A stretch of DNA of 27,608 nt, from the IMG/VR virus record IMGVR_UViG_3300010376_000110, positions 1 through 27,608 of that record. One strand, 5' to 3'. The notes under the pieces were generated by a model, which had not been told where the DNA came from, searched no databases, and was given only the letters and a program-made list of their open reading frames with translations. Origin of the DNA: a virus (taxonomy: Duplodnaviria; Caudoviricetes). This document shows, one piece after another, positions 14,662 through 23,568 of the stretch. A program made the position numbers and the translations under genes. Within the stretch, counting starts at the first letter, position 1, and each line of letters starts with the position of its first letter.

Positions 14662-15180
14662 ATGCGGGGACGTAAACCGACGCCGACAGCGGTCAGAGCG
14701 CTGCAGGGCAATCCGGGCAAGCGGCCGTTGAACGACGAGGAGCCGCAGCCGCCCGCGTTCGGCACGGTCGCCGGCGACGAGGCCGATCCGATCCCGTCCG
14801 AGCTGCAGGACAGCGCAACGGCGGTCGAGGAGTGGCGGCGCCTGGCGCCGATGCTCCGGCGCTGCCGGCAGATCACCGAAGCCGATCGCGGCGCGCTGGT
14901 TGCGTTGTGTCTGGAGTACGCGCGCTATGTCGAGGCGACGAGGAAGATCAGCGAACTCGGCATGGTCGTGAAAGCCGGCAAGAGCGGCTATCCGATCCCG
15001 AACCCGTATCTGTCGATTGCGCGCGGCGCGCTCGCCGCCTGCACGCGGCTCTGGCCCGAGCTCGGGCTGACCCCCTCGAGCCGCTCACGCGTGAAGACGA
15101 CGGGGCCCGGACCGTCCGGCGATGAATTCTCCGAATTCGATGACGATACCGATCTGGCCTTCGACGGGCCGACGCACTGA
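14662..15180 (+). CDS. terS: Terminase small subunit, P27 family
   Basis: MRGRKPTPT....LQGNPGKRPLN..EP; EW.RL.P.L; D...L...C; NP; ELGLTPSSRSR. Confidence 0.95.
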   Translation: MRGRKPTPTAVRALQGNPGKRPLNDEEPQPPAFGTVAGDEADPIPSELQDSATAVEEWRRLAPMLRRCRQITEADRGALVALCLEYARYVEATRKISELGMVVKAGKSGYPIPNPYLSIARGALAACTRLWPELGLTPSSRSRVKTTGPGPSGDEFSEFDDDTDLAFDGPTH

Positions 15181-15185
15181 GATGC

Positions 15186-16868
15186 ATGGAGCACCCCGAC
15201 GACTATGCGCATGCCGTCGTCGCCGGCCTGATCCCGGCCGGCAAGTATCACCGGCTCGCGTGCGCGCGTCATCTCCGCGATCGCGAGCGCGAGGACACCG
15301 AGGCGTTTCCGTACGTCTTCGTGTATGCGCTCGCCGATCGGTTCTATCGCTTCGCGGAACGGCTGCGGCACTACAAGGGTGAGTGGGCCGGCCGGCGGCT
15401 CGTCCTGCAGCCGTATCAGCGGTTTCGTCTCGGCTCGATCTTTGGATGGATTCATCGCGAGACACGCCTGCGCCGCTATCGCACGGCGTACAACGAGCTG
15501 CCGCGCAAACAAGGTAAGTCGCTCGAGGCCGCGGTCGTCGCGCTGTATGTGACGTTCTTCGACCACGAGCCAGGCGCGGAGGGTTACACCGTCGCCACGA
15601 AGCGCGAGCAAGCGAAGATCGTCTTCAACGATGCAAAGCGCCTGGTCGAACGCAGCGGCCTCCGCTCGAGGATCGATGTGTTGGTCGCGAGCCTCTCACG
15701 CCAGGACACCGCCCAACGACTCGTGCCGCTCGGCGCCGATGCCGATTCCACCGACGGTCTGAATCCAAATCTGATCATCGTCGACGAGCTGCACAAGCAT
15801 AAGGACCGCGATCTGCTCGACGTCATGGAAACGGCGACGGGCGCGCGCCGGCAGCCGCTGAACTTTCAGATCACGACCGCCGGCGACGATCCGGTCTCAC
15901 CGTGCGGCGATCAACACGACTACGCCTGCAAGATCCTCGACGCGGTGCTCGAGGACGACACGTTCTTTGCGTTCATCGCACACGCCGACGTCGAGGATGC
16001 CGACGGCGATCGCTGGCTGTCGGAAGCCGTGTGGCGGAAAGCGAATCCGAATTTCGGCGTGTCGGTGAAGCCGGAGGATCTCCGCGCGCTCGCCAGCAAA
16101 GCGCGCCACATGCCGGCCGCGGCCGCCGCGTTCAAACAGAAGCGGTTGAATCTCTGGGTCAACACACTGCAGCCGTGGTTGTCGATCGAGGGCTGGCGCC
16201 GCGGTCAGTCCGCCTGGTCGGTCGAGGAGCTCGCCGGCGCTGCCTGTTATATCGGCATTGACATGAGCTCGAAAATCGACCTGACCGCGGTCGTCCTGGT
16301 GTTTCCGCCCACGGCCGCGCGCCCGTCCTGGCGGATCGTGCCGTGGTGTCTGACGCCGGCCGATACGCTCCTCGAGCGCGCGCACCGCGATCGGGCGCCG
16401 TACGATCAGTGGGTCAAAAGCGGCTTCCTGTTCACGAATCCGGGGAACCGCATCGACCAAGCGGTCGTACGCCAGTGGGTGCGCGAAGCCGCGGCGCAGT
16501 TCGACGTCCAGCAGATCGGCATCGATCCGTGGAACGCCGGCAATCTCGTCAACGAGCTGGGCGCCGGCGAGGACGGCGACGGCCTGCCGGTCGTCGAAGT
16601 GCCGCAGACGATGCAGCAAATGAGCGCGCCGGCGAAAGACTTCGAGGCCGACGTCCTCGACGGGCTGATCGACGCCGGCGGCCATCCGTTGATGCAATGG
16701 TGTATTTCGAATGTCGTGGTTCAGCGCGACAATAAGGACAACATCTACCCGGTCAAGAAAAAAAGCCGGGGCCGGATCGATCCCGTCGTCGCCGCGATCA
16801 TCGCGAGGAAGGTTGTGGGGTTACTGCCTGATGCGCCGGCCGACGATCCGGATCTGCTCGTCGCGTGA
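15186..16868 (+). CDS. terL: Terminase large subunit
   Basis: LQPYQ, Walker A PRKQGKS, Walker B IIVDELH, ITTAG, W.KANP, GIDMS...DLTA, DPWN, RIDPVVA. Confidence 0.97.
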   Translation: MEHPDDYAHAVVAGLIPAGKYHRLACARHLRDREREDTEAFPYVFVYALADRFYRFAERLRHYKGEWAGRRLVLQPYQRFRLGSIFGWIHRETRLRRYRTAYNELPRKQGKSLEAAVVALYVTFFDHEPGAEGYTVATKREQAKIVFNDAKRLVERSGLRSRIDVLVASLSRQDTAQRLVPLGADADSTDGLNPNLIIVDELHKHKDRDLLDVMETATGARRQPLNFQITTAGDDPVSPCGDQHDYACKILDAVLEDDTFFAFIAHADVEDADGDRWLSEAVWRKANPNFGVSVKPEDLRALASKARHMPAAAAAFKQKRLNLWVNTLQPWLSIEGWRRGQSAWSVEELAGAACYIGIDMSSKIDLTAVVLVFPPTAARPSWRIVPWCLTPADTLLERAHRDRAPYDQWVKSGFLFTNPGNRIDQAVVRQWVREAAAQFDVQQIGIDPWNAGNLVNELGAGEDGDGLPVVEVPQTMQQMSAPAKDFEADVLDGLIDAGGHPLMQWCISNVVVQRDNKDNIYPVKKKSRGRIDPVVAAIIARKVVGLLPDAPADDPDLLVA

Positions 16869-16931
16869 AAGTTATATCGGGCTGGCGAAGTTATACCCGG
16901 TGCATCTGTTGACGGTCGGAGGGTTCAAGCC

Positions 16932-17102
16932 ATGAAGCCCGGGCGCCCTCGGCTCGACGACGACGATGAGTCGATCAATGTCAATGTCCGAATGCCGTCA
17001 CGGAAGTACGATCAACTCTGCGAGGAAGCGCGCCGGCAACAGGTCAGCGTGCCAGAAGTCATCCGCCGCCAGCTAGACCGTCCGCCCAAAAAAAATTCTT
17101 AA
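16932..17102 (+). CDS. Ribbon-helix-helix (CopG/Arc-like) protein, 56 aa (absent from ORF track)
   Basis: Manual translation MKPGRPRLDDDDESINVNVRMPSRKYDQLCEEARRQQVSVPEVIRRQLDRPPKKNS; GGAGG RBS; alternating beta strand, helix, turn-S, helix. Confidence 0.8.
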   Translation: MKPGRPRLDDDDESINVNVRMPSRKYDQLCEEARRQQVSVPEVIRRQLDRPPKKNS

Positions 17103-17133
17103 ACTCGACAGAAGTCGCGACCGCGGCGATCCT
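17088..17133 (+). promoter_or_regulatory. Candidate sigma70-type promoter for head genes: A-tract, TCGACA-N17-GATCCT
   Basis: TCGACA 17105-17110 and GATCCT 17128-17133, exactly 17 nt apart; upstream A8 tract; the next start codon (GTG 17143) has no SD sequence. Confidence 0.5.
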
Positions 17134-17142
17134 GCCCGCTCA

Positions 17143-17367
17143 GTGTTCCGACTGTTCTGGTGGCGTCCGCCGTGTCTGTTGCGCACGGTGCTCGTCAGTC
17201 TGAAAGACGACCACACGCAAGGCATCCGGGGTGTGTTGTGGTCGACGCGCGGTCCGTGGCTGACGCTGCGGCAGTGCGAGCTGGTGACGCGAGGGGAGCC
17301 GCCGGAGCACGTTGACGGCGAAATCATCGTGCACACCGAGAACGTGTCCTTTCTCGAGGTTCCGTAG
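17143..17367 (+). CDS. Small beta-rich pre-portal protein, possibly Sm/LSm-like fold (74 aa)
   Basis: VLVSLK.....IRGVL......LTL...E........GEIIV...NVSFLEV; TAGTG coupling to portal. Confidence 0.7.
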   Translation: MFRLFWWRPPCLLRTVLVSLKDDHTQGIRGVLWSTRGPWLTLRQCELVTRGEPPEHVDGEIIVHTENVSFLEVP

Positions 17368-18911
17368 TGGCCGTCGTGCAGTCGTACGGACAACTCAAAG
17401 TCATCTCCACCGACCTGCGGCCGTGGTATCAGGTCGGTCCCGCCTCCATTCCGCTCAACGGCCTTGCCGAATCGCCCGCCCAGATCTACGCCTCGCAACC
17501 GAACGTCCGGACCTGCGTCGACTTCCTCTCGCGCGCGATCGCGCAGCTCGGGCCGCCGAAGGCCTACCGGCGTATCTCCGACACCGATCGCGTCCATCTC
17601 GCCGGTCACCAGCTCGAACAGTGGTTGAGCGATCCGAATCCGGCCTCGACGGGTTACCGGCTAATTGAGGACCTGATCGGCGACATGGGGATCTACAACA
17701 ACGCGTACTGGCTGAAGGCGCGGCTGCCGGATCGCATCGGCCTGATCCGTCTGCCGCCGCAACAAATGCTGGTTCGCGGCGGGCTGCTCCCGTCGGAGTT
17801 CATCTGGCAGTCGTACACCGGCGAGCCGTTCTCGTTTCCGCCCTCGGAGATCGTGTACTTCCGCGGCTACAACCCGTCGCTCGGCGACGTGCACAGCGAA
17901 GGCCCACTGATGGGCCTCTCGCACCTGTACACGCTGCGCCATGTGCTGAACGAGGAAGCGGCCGCCGGCGAGCACCGCGAGTACTTCTGGCGCAATGCGT
18001 CGCGGCAGGAGGGCGTCATCGAGCGCCCGAAAGACGCGCCGAAGTGGAACAAGGAGCAAAAGCAGGACTGGCGTAAGCAGTGGCAGGAGCGCTACGCCGG
18101 CCCGATGGGCGCCGGCCTCGTCGCCGTGCTTGAGGACGGCATGCAGTTCAAGCCGACGTCGTGGTCGATGAAGGATTCCGAGTACCTCTCCACGCGCAAG
18201 CAGACGCGCGAAGAGTGCGCCTCGTCCTGGCACATTCCGTTGCCGATGGTCGGCATCCTCGATCACGCGACGTTTTCGAACATCAAGGAACAGCACAAGC
18301 AGCTGTACGCCGACACGCTCGGGCCGATCCTCGAGATGATCGAGCAGGAGATCGAAAAGCAACTGCTGCCGGAGTGCGACGACACCGAGAACGTCTATTG
18401 CGAATTCAACATCGCGGCGAAGCTGGCCGGCAGCTTCGAGGAGCAGGCCTCGGCGTTTCGGCTGCTCGTCGGCCGGCCAGTGATGACCGCGAACGAGGCC
18501 CGCGCGCGGCTGAACCTGCCGAAGATCACCGACGACCCGACCGCCGATCAGCTCGCCGCGCAGCAAGGCGTGGCGGCGCCGACGGCGCCGGAATTCCAGC
18601 CCGGCACGGCGGCGCCAGGCGCGGATACGTCTGACGATAGCGCCGACGACGAGGCGCGCGTCCGCATCGTCGTACGCGCCGCCCTGGACCGCCAGGCGCG
18701 CCGTCTGGCGAAGCTGCCGGCGGTCGCGCGGGCCGAAGCGCTGAACCCGACCCGCTGCACCGCGGAGCTGGCGACAGACCTGACCCCGATCCTCGGCCGG
18801 CGCGCGTGGGACTACGCCGCCACGATCACCGATGAGACCTATCGGCGGCTGCTCGAGGGCGGCGATGCCTTCAGCGCCGCGCGGGAGATTCCGCCATGCG
18901 CGACTGCGTAG
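17367..18911 (+). CDS. Portal protein, HK97 family, with C-terminal extension
   Basis: V..CV..L...IA.L, PNP, NAYW, EIVYFR, GLS, YF.N....GVI, VLEDGMQF, TFSNI.EQ, TL.P....IEQEI, MT.NEAR...NLP. Confidence 0.95.
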   Translation: MAVVQSYGQLKVISTDLRPWYQVGPASIPLNGLAESPAQIYASQPNVRTCVDFLSRAIAQLGPPKAYRRISDTDRVHLAGHQLEQWLSDPNPASTGYRLIEDLIGDMGIYNNAYWLKARLPDRIGLIRLPPQQMLVRGGLLPSEFIWQSYTGEPFSFPPSEIVYFRGYNPSLGDVHSEGPLMGLSHLYTLRHVLNEEAAAGEHREYFWRNASRQEGVIERPKDAPKWNKEQKQDWRKQWQERYAGPMGAGLVAVLEDGMQFKPTSWSMKDSEYLSTRKQTREECASSWHIPLPMVGILDHATFSNIKEQHKQLYADTLGPILEMIEQEIEKQLLPECDDTENVYCEFNIAAKLAGSFEEQASAFRLLVGRPVMTANEARARLNLPKITDDPTADQLAAQQGVAAPTAPEFQPGTAAPGADTSDDSADDEARVRIVVRAALDRQARRLAKLPAVARAEALNPTRCTAELATDLTPILGRRAWDYAATITDETYRRLLEGGDAFSAAREIPPCATA

Positions 18912-19906
18912 TCCGGTACGAGCACGTCATCGGCTTCGCGCTCGAACATCCGTGGGCGGTCACCGACGGGATGCGCGCGATCATCGCGGAGATTCTCGCG
19001 CAGCGGCTCGCCGGCGAGGAAACGGACCCGGCGTTGCTGGCCGCCGCCGCGGAGCTGCGCGGCACGCGCGAGCTGCAGCGCCGCAACGGCGACGGCACCG
19101 TCAGTGTGATTCCGATCAGCGGCGTGATCGCGCCGCGGATGAATCTGTTTACGAAGGCCTCCGGCGGTACGACGTTCGAACAGCTCACCGCGCAGCTGCG
19201 CGATGCGCTCGATAACTCCAAGACGAAAGCGATCGTCTTCGACGTCGACAGCCCGGGCGGCAACGTCGCCGGCGCCAGTGAATTCGCCCGCGAAGTGATG
19301 CGCGCGCGGACCAAGGTCCCGGTGATCGCGCAAGCGAATCACCTGATGGCGTCCGCGGCGTACTGGCCGATGGCCGGCGCCACGGAGATCGTGGCCTCGC
19401 CGTCGTCGATGGTCGGCTCGATCGGCGTCTACGCGATGTACGACGATATCTCCGCGGCGCTCGCGCAGAAGGGCGTCAAGCGGGAGCTGTTCGCGGCGGG
19501 CCGCTACAAGGGTGAGGGCGCGGACGGCGGACCACTGTCGCCCGAAGCCCGATTGCATTTCAAGAGTCTGATCGATCAGTCGTATGCGCGCTTCGCGGCC
19601 GACGTCGCCAAAGGGCGCGGCGTCACCGCGGAGATGATCCGCACCGGCTACGGCGAAGGGCGCACGCTGCCCGCCGAGGCGGCGCTGAGCGCCGGCCTGG
19701 TCGACCGCATCGACACGATGGATGACACGCTCGCGCGGGTGACGGGGATGACGACGGTCAGCCCGACGCCTGCCGCCGCGCAGCCGGCCGCAGCCACGCC
19801 GCAGGAGCCGTCGCAGACGGCCACCGGCCAGGAGCCGCGCACGACTGCCGCCGCGCAAGTAGCACAGTTCGAACGGCGAGTACTCGAACTTGGACTCAAG
19901 GGATAG
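18896..19906 (+). CDS. Prohead maturation protease, S49 (SppA-like) family
   Basis: VIPISGVI, DVDSPGG.V.G, ASAAYW, VGSIGV, AG.YK, F...VA.GRG, A..AGLVDRI. Confidence 0.93.
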   Translation: MRDCVVRYEHVIGFALEHPWAVTDGMRAIIAEILAQRLAGEETDPALLAAAAELRGTRELQRRNGDGTVSVIPISGVIAPRMNLFTKASGGTTFEQLTAQLRDALDNSKTKAIVFDVDSPGGNVAGASEFAREVMRARTKVPVIAQANHLMASAAYWPMAGATEIVASPSSMVGSIGVYAMYDDISAALAQKGVKRELFAAGRYKGEGADGGPLSPEARLHFKSLIDQSYARFAADVAKGRGVTAEMIRTGYGEGRTLPAEAALSAGLVDRIDTMDDTLARVTGMTTVSPTPAAAQPAAATPQEPSQTATGQEPRTTAAAQVAQFERRVLELGLKG

Positions 19907-19910
19907 CACG

Positions 19911-21209
19911 ATGAAACTTCCGCAGCTGGAAACGCAGCTTCGTGAGCTGAAGGCGAAGGCCTCCAAGCGTATCGAAGAAATCGGGCGCGCGTGTGAGGCG
20001 CATGTCGTGACGCCGGCAACGGCCACGGCACCTGCGGTCACCGGACGCACGATGACCGACGAGGAGCGCGCCGAGATCAACAGCATCCTCGCCGACGCCG
20101 AAGCCGTTCAGAAAAAGATCGACGGCATGCGCAGCGACGATGCGCTGCTCGCGCGGGTCAACGAGATCACGGGCGGACAGGCCTCGCGTACGCCGGCGGG
20201 CGACGACGGGATCCCGCGCCGCGATCGGCGCAGCATCGGACAGCAGTTCGTCCAGAGCGCCGAATACAAGGCGTGGCTGGCGAGCGGCGCGCACCGACGA
20301 TCGGGTAACTGGAGCTCGCCGTCGATCGAATGCGCCGACGCCACGATCACGCTGTACGGCACGACGCTCACGGAGGATCCGGCGAGCGGGGGCGCGTTGA
20401 TTCCGCCGCAGATCCTGCCCGGGATCATTCCGCTGCCGCAGCGGCGCGTGGTCGTGGCGGATCTGATCGCGCCAGGCACGGCGACGAGCAACGTCATTCA
20501 GTTCATGCGGGAAAAGACGTTCACCAACGCCGCGGCACCGGTGGCCGAAGGCACGGCCAAACCGGAAAGCGCGCTGATCTTCGAAGCCGCGACGAGCGCG
20601 GTCCGTAAGATCGCTCATTTCTTGCCGGTCACAGAAGAAATGTTGGAGGACGTTGCGCAGATTGCGTCCTACATCGACGCGCGGTTGCGGTTGGGTCTCT
20701 CGCTGAAGGAAGAGGACCAGCTGCTCAACGGCGACGGTGTAGCGCCGGATCTGCTCGGCTTCCTCAACACGCCGGGCCTGACGCCGGCGCATCCGCGCGG
20801 CACCGACAACAACATGGACGCGATGTACAAGCAGATGCAGACCATCGCGACCACCGTGTTCATCATGCCGGACGCCTGGGTGATGAATCCGGCGAACTGG
20901 CAAACGGTGCAGCTCGCCAAAAACGCGCAGGGCTACTACTACGGCCCGGGACCGTGGGCGATGCCACAAGGTCCGCAGCTGTGGGGATTGCCGGGCGCGA
21001 TTACGCCGGCGATGGCGGCGGGCACGTCGCTCGTCGGCGCCTTCCGCACGATGTCGCAAATCTTCCGGCGCGGCGGCGTCCGGGTCGAGGCAAGCAACTC
21101 GCACCAGGATTTCTTCATCAAGAACTTGGTGGCGATCCGCGGCGAAGAGCGCCTCGCACTGTGCGTCTATCGGCCGGCGGCGTTCGGTGAAGTCACCGGC
21201 CTCAACTGA
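19911..21209 (+). CDS. Major capsid protein, HK97 family (432 aa)
   Basis: Coiled-coil N-terminal domain; SIGQQFV.S; VAEG..KPES; VRKIAH..PVT.E.LED; QLLNGDG; VMNP..W; F.KN.VAIR.EERL...VYRP.AF; ATG 19911. Confidence 0.97.
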   Translation: MKLPQLETQLRELKAKASKRIEEIGRACEAHVVTPATATAPAVTGRTMTDEERAEINSILADAEAVQKKIDGMRSDDALLARVNEITGGQASRTPAGDDGIPRRDRRSIGQQFVQSAEYKAWLASGAHRRSGNWSSPSIECADATITLYGTTLTEDPASGGALIPPQILPGIIPLPQRRVVVADLIAPGTATSNVIQFMREKTFTNAAAPVAEGTAKPESALIFEAATSAVRKIAHFLPVTEEMLEDVAQIASYIDARLRLGLSLKEEDQLLNGDGVAPDLLGFLNTPGLTPAHPRGTDNNMDAMYKQMQTIATTVFIMPDAWVMNPANWQTVQLAKNAQGYYYGPGPWAMPQGPQLWGLPGAITPAMAAGTSLVGAFRTMSQIFRRGGVRVEASNSHQDFFIKNLVAIRGEERLALCVYRPAAFGEVTGLN

Positions 21210-21220
21210 GGGCGGACGCG

Positions 21221-21256
21221 ATCGATCGGCGCCGCAGGGGAGTGGCGCCGATCGAT
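21221..21256 (+). terminator. 13-bp hairpin after the capsid gene (terminator or mRNA-stabilising stem)
   Basis: ATCGATCGGCGCC (21221-21233) pairs with GGCGCCGATCGAT (21244-21256); weak U-tract. Confidence 0.55.
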
Positions 21257-21276
21257 TCGCAATCGGGAGGCGAGGT

Positions 21277-21498
21277 ATGTGGGGACGACGACCGCCTGCG
21301 TGTCCGATCTGCGGTGCGCCGGCATGTTCATGTCAGACATTCGAACCCGTCATGTCCGTGCAACTGCCGGCGCGCGATGCACGAATCGCGAGCACGGCGC
21401 CGGGGAACAGCAACCGGAGTACGCCGGGCGGCGAGCCGACGGTCAAGGTCGCTGAGCCGGTGTCGACGAAAGACTATCGCCGGCCGACGAAGCGATGA
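21277..21498 (+). CDS. Small hypothetical protein with CPICG..ACSC motif (73 aa)
   Basis: GGAGG/GAGG RBS before ATG 21277; ATGA coupling downstream. Confidence 0.65.
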   Translation: MWGRRPPACPICGAPACSCQTFEPVMSVQLPARDARIASTAPGNSNRSTPGGEPTVKVAEPVSTKDYRRPTKR

Positions 21499-21572
21499 CG
21501 ATGCGCGCCGCGCTGATCGCGCTGGCGCTCCTCGAGCTGTGGGCGTTGTGGATTCTGATGGTGCAGCGCTGA
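21495..21572 (+). CDS. 25-aa hydrophobic peptide (absent from ORF track)
   Basis: MTMRAALIALALLELWALWILMVQR; ATGA overlap upstream and TGATG overlap downstream. Confidence 0.55.
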   Translation: MTMRAALIALALLELWALWILMVQR

Positions 21573-22198
21573 TGTGGTACTGGTTTCCGCAAGAGACGAC
21601 CTGGCCGGAGCCGTTGACGTCGATCGTCACGGTCCCGCCGACCGTCGAACCGCTGACGCTCGACGAAGGCAAGCTGCGTGCGAACCTCGATTGGCTGGAC
21701 GGCGATCCGCGCGATGCGTTGATGCTCGCGTGGATTCAGACGGCGCGCGCACGGGTCGAATTCGACACCGGCCGATCTCTGCTGACGCAAACGCGTGAAG
21801 CCTACGCCGATACGCTCGGCTGGATCACCGAACTGCCGGAGCGCTGCCGGCCGCTGCAGCACGTTACGTCCATCACGTACACCGATGCGACCGGGCAAGT
21901 GCAGACGGTCGATCCCGCTGTCTACACCGTCGACGTGGCGCGCGGCCGGATCGTATTGAACCGCGGGCAGCAGTGGCCGACGGGCCGCAACTACGCGCTG
22001 CCGTGGGTCATTACGCTGGATGCCGGCTGGCCGGATGTCGCGTCGATCGATCCGATCCCGCTGCAGCTCGTCGGCCTGCTCACGGCGCATCTGGCCACCC
22101 TCGGTCGTGACCTGGCGACGGTCGACCCGGCCGTCGTCGAAATTCCGTACGGCTACAAAGAGCTGCTCGACAGCTACATCGCGGTGAGCGTCGCATGA
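21572..22198 (+). CDS. Head-tail connector protein (gp6-like, long form; 208 aa)
   Basis: PP.VEPLTL.E.K......D...DAL....I.TAR..VE..TGR.L.TQT; PLQ.V.SI.Y.D..G; AGW; P.G...LL..Y. Confidence 0.88.
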   Translation: MWYWFPQETTWPEPLTSIVTVPPTVEPLTLDEGKLRANLDWLDGDPRDALMLAWIQTARARVEFDTGRSLLTQTREAYADTLGWITELPERCRPLQHVTSITYTDATGQVQTVDPAVYTVDVARGRIVLNRGQQWPTGRNYALPWVITLDAGWPDVASIDPIPLQLVGLLTAHLATLGRDLATVDPAVVEIPYGYKELLDSYIAVSVA

Positions 22199-22575
22199 GT
22201 CCCGCGGTTGGCAAGTCGACCGCCGGCATCATCGGCACGCAGCCGCGAATCAGCGCGCGGCAGTGCCGCGTGAATTTGCAGAACCCCGGGCCGAACGTGC
22301 CCGACGGCGACGGTGGCTATACGCAGACGTGGGTCGACCTCTCGCCGCCGAACGCGTGGGTGCATATCGAAACGGCGCTGCGCGAGGGCGAGCGCGAAGC
22401 CGCGAGCGCGGTGATTACGACGGTCCGGCGCACGGTGCGGATGCCGTTCCACCCGCAAGTCACGTCGCAGACGCGGATCCTGTACCTCGGGCGCATCCTG
22501 CACGTCGACAAAGTGGAGAACGTCGAGGAGCGCAACGTCGAGCTCGTGCTGACGTGCGAGGAGGTCACGCCGTGA
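22195..22575 (+). CDS. Head closure / head-tail adaptor (SPP1 gp16-like)
   Basis: V.LQ......DG.GGY...W; R....VT...RI.Y.GR...V..V.NV.ER..EL.L.CEE; position in operon. Confidence 0.88.
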   Translation: MSPAVGKSTAGIIGTQPRISARQCRVNLQNPGPNVPDGDGGYTQTWVDLSPPNAWVHIETALREGEREAASAVITTVRRTVRMPFHPQVTSQTRILYLGRILHVDKVENVEERNVELVLTCEEVTP

Positions 22576-22712
22576 CGCCGCCGCGGTATCCGCCGAAAAT
22601 CTTCTGCACCTGTGCGGTCCCGAAGCCGCTGAAGAATCAACCCTTCAGCGGGTCGGTCGTGTACTGCACGGACTGTCACGGCGTCATTCCGGAGGCGCGG
22701 TCATGGGCGTAA
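22572..22712 (+). CDS. Small Cys-containing hypothetical protein (46 aa)
   Basis: GTGA coupling with GAGGAGG upstream; FCTC...YCTDC. Confidence 0.5.
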   Translation: MTPPRYPPKIFCTCAVPKPLKNQPFSGSVVYCTDCHGVIPEARSWA

Positions 22713-23113
22713 CGCTGCAGTGGGAGGGCCTCGACGAATTCCGTGCGGCGCTGCGCGCGCTGCCGGCGCAGCTCGAGGCTGAAGCGACCACGACGATCGA
22801 TGGCGCCGCCCAGACGACGGCGGACCGGTTGACCGCGGCGTATCCCGACAAGACGGGGGAGCTGCGCGCCGGCGTCTCCGTGCAGAAGTTTTCGATGTCG
22901 GCGATCGTCGTCAGCGCATCGCCCGTGGCGCATCTCTGGGAATTCGGTACGCAGGTCCGGGAAACGCAGAAAGGATTCAACCGGGGTGCGGAGCCGGCGC
23001 ACTACAACCTAGGGCTGGTCGGGATTGCGGAGCAAGAACGCCGCGAAATGTACGCGGACCTGATCGCGATCGTTGAGGAAGCCGGCTTTGACGTCATCGG
23101 CACCTTGCCATGA
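22703..23113 (+). CDS. HK97 gp10-like tail completion protein
   Basis: GLDEF.AAL..L; P.KTG.LR; AHL.EFGT. Confidence 0.8.
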   Translation: MGVTLQWEGLDEFRAALRALPAQLEAEATTTIDGAAQTTADRLTAAYPDKTGELRAGVSVQKFSMSAIVVSASPVAHLWEFGTQVRETQKGFNRGAEPAHYNLGLVGIAEQERREMYADLIAIVEEAGFDVIGTLP

Positions 23114-23568
23114 GCGACAGCAGCGATCTCGACGCGCTGATCATCAATACGCTGTTGGCCGATAACGCGCTGATGGCGATCGCGACCGACGGCGTGTGGT
23201 ACGGCGCGGCGGGGCCGAACTGTTCGCGCTATGTGATCGTGAACCTGCAGGCCGGTCACGACGAAGGCGAATTCGGCGACGTCGCATTTGAACAGCCGGT
23301 CTATCTCGTCAAGTCGGTGCTGCGGAACGGCAACGCGGCCGACAGCAAGACCGCCGCGCTGCGCATCTTCGAGGATCTGCAAGGACTGGAAGCCCGGCTC
23401 GCGCCTGGCGCCGTGCCGGGCTACGTCGTGATGTGCGTGCAGCGCCGTGAGCCGATCCGGTACCTCGAGCTCGATACGGTGATGCCGGATCTGCGCTGGC
23501 AACATCGCGGCGGTTTGTATGAAGTGATGGCGGCGCCCACGCCGGCAACCAAAGGAGTACGCGCATGA
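23110..23568 (+). CDS. Tail terminator-like protein (DUF3168-type position)
   Basis: L.AD.AL.A....GVW...A.....YVIV; sits directly before the tail tube gene; ATGA coupling. Confidence 0.7.
   Translation: MSDSSDLDALIINTLLADNALMAIATDGVWYGAAGPNCSRYVIVNLQAGHDEGEFGDVAFEQPVYLVKSVLRNGNAADSKTAALRIFEDLQGLEARLAPGAVPGYVVMCVQRREPIRYLELDTVMPDLRWQHRGGLYEVMAAPTPATKGVRA

Noticed and set aside
19896-21104. Long minus-strand ORFs opposite capsid, protease, portal and terL
   Set aside because: Shadow frames of well-supported structural genes
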